Assembly (NCBI GenBank): GCA_963851265.1
Contig: CAWKNZ010000002.1
Location: 1,152,001 to 1,216,000, forward strand
DNA length: 64,000 nucleotides
Direction of reading: 5' to 3'
From: an uncultured Gemmatimonadales bacterium
Lineage (GTDB): Bacteria > Gemmatimonadota > Gemmatimonadetes > Gemmatimonadales > Gemmatimonadaceae
Shown: positions 61,693 to 64,000 of the stretch, piece by piece
Layout of the letters: each line of letters opens with the position of its first letter
Numbering within the stretch: position 1 is the stretch's first letter
Program-made: the position numbers and the translations under genes
The notes under the pieces: model-generated
What the model saw: the letters and a program-made list of their open reading frames with translations, nothing else
Told to the model about the DNA's origin: nothing
Databases searched by the model: none

Positions 61693-63171
61693 ATGGCGGT
61701 CTCGCTGCGCGCCGGACGTCTCGAAGAACCGTCGAAGTCACGCTCGACGCGTCGCACGCGGCTGCCCGGTTCGGCACCGGCGCGCGCGCGGAGTTCGGCC
61801 GCGGTCGATTCCGTCGTGCTCGGGATCTGCGTCGGCGTTGCGCTGCTCGCGAATCTGTTGCCGTCCGTGATCCGCGACCGGACCTCGGCGGAGCTGCGTC
61901 GGACGGTGGCGGCGCCGCTCGCCGTGCTCGAACAGTGGACCGAGCTGCGCCGCGCTGCGTTCCTCTCGTACGACGACCGTGTGGCCGCGCGAGGAGCCAT
62001 CACGCGCGACGTTCAGGAGGCGGCCGCACTGCGGGAGGAGAACGCGCGCCTTCGCCAGCTCCTGGCCCTCGGCGCGCGCCTGCGGTGGGGCTTCGTCACG
62101 GCAGAGGCGGTACCGAGCCAGCAGGCGGGTGAACTGGGCAGCGCGCAGACGCTGCAGGCTTTCAAGGTGACCGTGGGCAGTCGCGCCGGGGTCGCGCTGT
62201 TCACGCCGGTGATCGCGCCGGCAGGCCTCGTCGGGATGGTCCAGCAGGTCGACCCCGTGCGCAGCCAGGTCATCTCGTACGCACACCCCGACTTCCGCGT
62301 CAGCGCACAGGCGGACTCGGCGTACGGCATCGTGCAGCCGCACCTCGGCTCGGGCGCGGAACGTGGACTGCTCGAGTTGCACGGCGTCGCGTTTCGGAGC
62401 CCGCTCAAAGCCGGCCAGGCGGTCATCAGCTCGGGGCTCGGCGGCACGTATCCGGCCGGGATTCCGATCGGGACAGTCATCCGCGAGATCCAGACGCCCG
62501 AGCGCTGGGCGCGAACGTACCTCCTTCAACCGGCGGTGAACCTCGCGGAGGTCGGCCCGGTGCTGCTCCTGCTGCGCGCGCGCGCCGACGCCGGGCTCGA
62601 TTCGGTCTGGTCGTCGGTGCACGCCGTCGACGTGACGTCGCGTCGCGTGGCCGCGGCGGGCGACTCGATCCAGCGCGAGGAGCTCGCGCGCGAGGCGGCG
62701 GCGCGGCGTGCGGCGCTCGACTCGACTCGTGGCGACAGCGCGCGCCGCGACTCGACCGCCGCCGCGACGCGAGACGGCGCCACGCGCGTCGACTCGGCCG
62801 CGCCGGCGACGCCGGCGCGGTCCGAGGGCGACGTGCGTCCGGCGGCGCCACGCCCGGTCGCGCCGCGCACGGCGGCGCCGCGCTCCGGCGATGCAGCCAC
62901 CGGCGATGCGCGGCCCAACGACGGGCGAGGTGAAGCGGGTACGGGATCCGACGCGGCGTCGCGCACCGCGACCGCGGGTGCGAGCGGCGCGCGCGCGGAC
63001 TCCGGTCACGCCCGGCCGCCGCGCCCAACGGTTCCGCTTCTCGGCGCGACTCCGTCGGGTGCGGGCATCGGGACCGCGTCGAGCGCGCCGCGTTCCCGGC
63101 CGCGTACGTCGCCCGCGGGCTCTGCGGCGCGGGCACGCGGTGACAGCGCCGCGCGCGGACCGCGTCCGTGA
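61693..63171 (+). CDS. mreC: Rod shape-determining protein MreC with long low-complexity C-terminal extension
   Basis: N-terminal TM segment, LREENARLRQLL coiled coil, GLVG, SSGLGGTYPAGIPIG; directly after mreB. Confidence 0.9.
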   Translation: MAVSLRAGRLEEPSKSRSTRRTRLPGSAPARARSSAAVDSVVLGICVGVALLANLLPSVIRDRTSAELRRTVAAPLAVLEQWTELRRAAFLSYDDRVAARGAITRDVQEAAALREENARLRQLLALGARLRWGFVTAEAVPSQQAGELGSAQTLQAFKVTVGSRAGVALFTPVIAPAGLVGMVQQVDPVRSQVISYAHPDFRVSAQADSAYGIVQPHLGSGAERGLLELHGVAFRSPLKAGQAVISSGLGGTYPAGIPIGTVIREIQTPERWARTYLLQPAVNLAEVGPVLLLLRARADAGLDSVWSSVHAVDVTSRRVAAAGDSIQREELAREAAARRAALDSTRGDSARRDSTAAATRDGATRVDSAAPATPARSEGDVRPAAPRPVAPRTAAPRSGDAATGDARPNDGRGEAGTGSDAASRTATAGASGARADSGHARPPRPTVPLLGATPSGAGIGTASSAPRSRPRTSPAGSAARARGDSAARGPRP

Positions 63172-63181
63172 GGAACGCGGC

Positions 63182-63670
63182 GTGAGAGGCCTGCTTGCCC
63201 TGCGAGTGGCGTTCGTCGTGCTCGTGCTACTCGTGTTGCAGTTCACGGTGCGACCGTTCCTCGGCTGGCGCGCGCCGATCGACTTCCTCACGATCGCCGT
63301 GCTGCTCGCGGCGGTTCGCGTGCGGCCGGGCGCGGCGGCGTTGATCGGGCTCACCCTCGGGCTACTTGCCGATGCGTTGACGCCGAGTGCGTTTGGGAGC
63401 GGTGCGCTGGCACTCACGCTCGTCGCTTACGGGGCGTCGACCCTCAAGGCCGTCTTCTTTGCAGACAACGCCGCGCTCAGCGCGCTGTTCGTGTTCGCCG
63501 GGAAGTGGATCTTCGACGTCGTGTACTTGGTATCAGAGCGCCGGGTCCGCGGAGCGGAACTGCTCGTACAGCTGCTGCTCTGGTCGCCGCTCGCCGCGAC
63601 CGCGACCGCCGTGACGGCCCTGCTCCTGCTGGTCGCTTTACGCCCGGCGATCGGCCGCGCGACGGTCTGA
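63182..63670 (+). CDS. mreD: Rod shape-determining protein MreD
   Basis: Hydrophobic multi-TM protein with GLTLGLLADAL...FGSGALAL; between mreC and mrdA. Confidence 0.85.
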   Translation: MRGLLALRVAFVVLVLLVLQFTVRPFLGWRAPIDFLTIAVLLAAVRVRPGAAALIGLTLGLLADALTPSAFGSGALALTLVAYGASTLKAVFFADNAALSALFVFAGKWIFDVVYLVSERRVRGAELLVQLLLWSPLAATATAVTALLLLVALRPAIGRATV

Positions 63671-63731
63671 GCGCGTCGCCGTACGGCGACGGCCACAGTT
63701 CGCTTCCTGATGCTTCGGCCGTGACGCACTC

Positions 63732-64000
63732 GTGAGCTTCCTCACCAGCGACGTGGTCCGGCGCGCCCGCGCGGCGCGTCTGGTCATCCTCCTCGCGTTC
63801 CTATTCCTGGGCGCGGGCTTTTACCGCGCCCAGGTGCTCCGTCACGCCGAGTACGTGACGCAATCCGAGGAGAATCGGCTGCGCGAGATTCCGCTCCCCG
63901 CGGCGCGCGGCACCATCTACGACCGCAACGGCAAGGTCATCGCGGAGAACCTGCCGGGCTACACGGTCTCGATCCTCGCCCCGAGCGCGGATTCGCTGCG
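63732..64000 (+). CDS. mrdA: Penicillin-binding protein 2, N-terminus (runs off the window)
   Basis: Manual translation from GTG 63732: TM segment, then QSEENRLREIPLPAARGTIYDRNGKVIAEN (PBP dimerisation domain); mreBCD-mrdA synteny. Confidence 0.88.
   Translation, partial: MSFLTSDVVRRARAARLVILLAFLFLGAGFYRAQVLRHAEYVTQSEENRLREIPLPAARGTIYDRNGKVIAENLPGYTVSILAPSADSL

Overview
High-GC (roughly 70-75% by eye) bacterial core-chromosome segment. Protein sequences and gene order suggest Gemmatimonadota (Gemmatirosa/Gemmatimonas-like); this assignment is inference. Gene order: a partial TonB-dependent receptor; a NadR-like kinase and rex (with a perfect Rex operator) divergent from arginine deiminase, a DnaQ-like exonuclease and an MBL hydrolase; infC-rpmI-rplT-pheST-zapB-like-zapA-rny-folD-xseAB-ispA-dxs-nadK-recN; an exported protein divergent from a GH125-like protein; tRNA-Gly(GCC) and tRNA-Leu(TAA); a small accessory cluster (Rad52/DdrA-like annealase, basic disordered Cys/His protein, ferritin-like protein); a DAP/lysine operon, frameshifted aroA, cmk and rpsA; acyl-CoA carboxylase genes with an RlmD-like gene; rplM-rpsI-rpsB-tsf-pyrH-frr-uppS-cdsA-dxr-rseP; a Ser/Thr kinase; rpsO-pnp-M16 peptidase-ald; and mreBCD-mrdA (partial). 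I saw no CRISPR array, integrase, transposase or prophage. Most notable: (1) a Rad52/DdrA-like protein fused to a zinc ribbon carrying a plant-OSB-like 'PDF' motif and an SSB-like acidic tail, in a putative DNA-protection cluster; (2) a dispersed octamer CGTTAGGC/GCCTAACG that looks over-represented and is kept in several reading frames; (3) a recurring 25-bp spaced palindrome near promoters; (4) a 30-bp perfect hairpin abutting the lysine-operon start; (5) dense D-S/T-aliphatic sequons in exported proteins; (6) non-canonical starts (infC AUC, probable ACG for the NadR-like gene) and a +1 frameshift in aroA.
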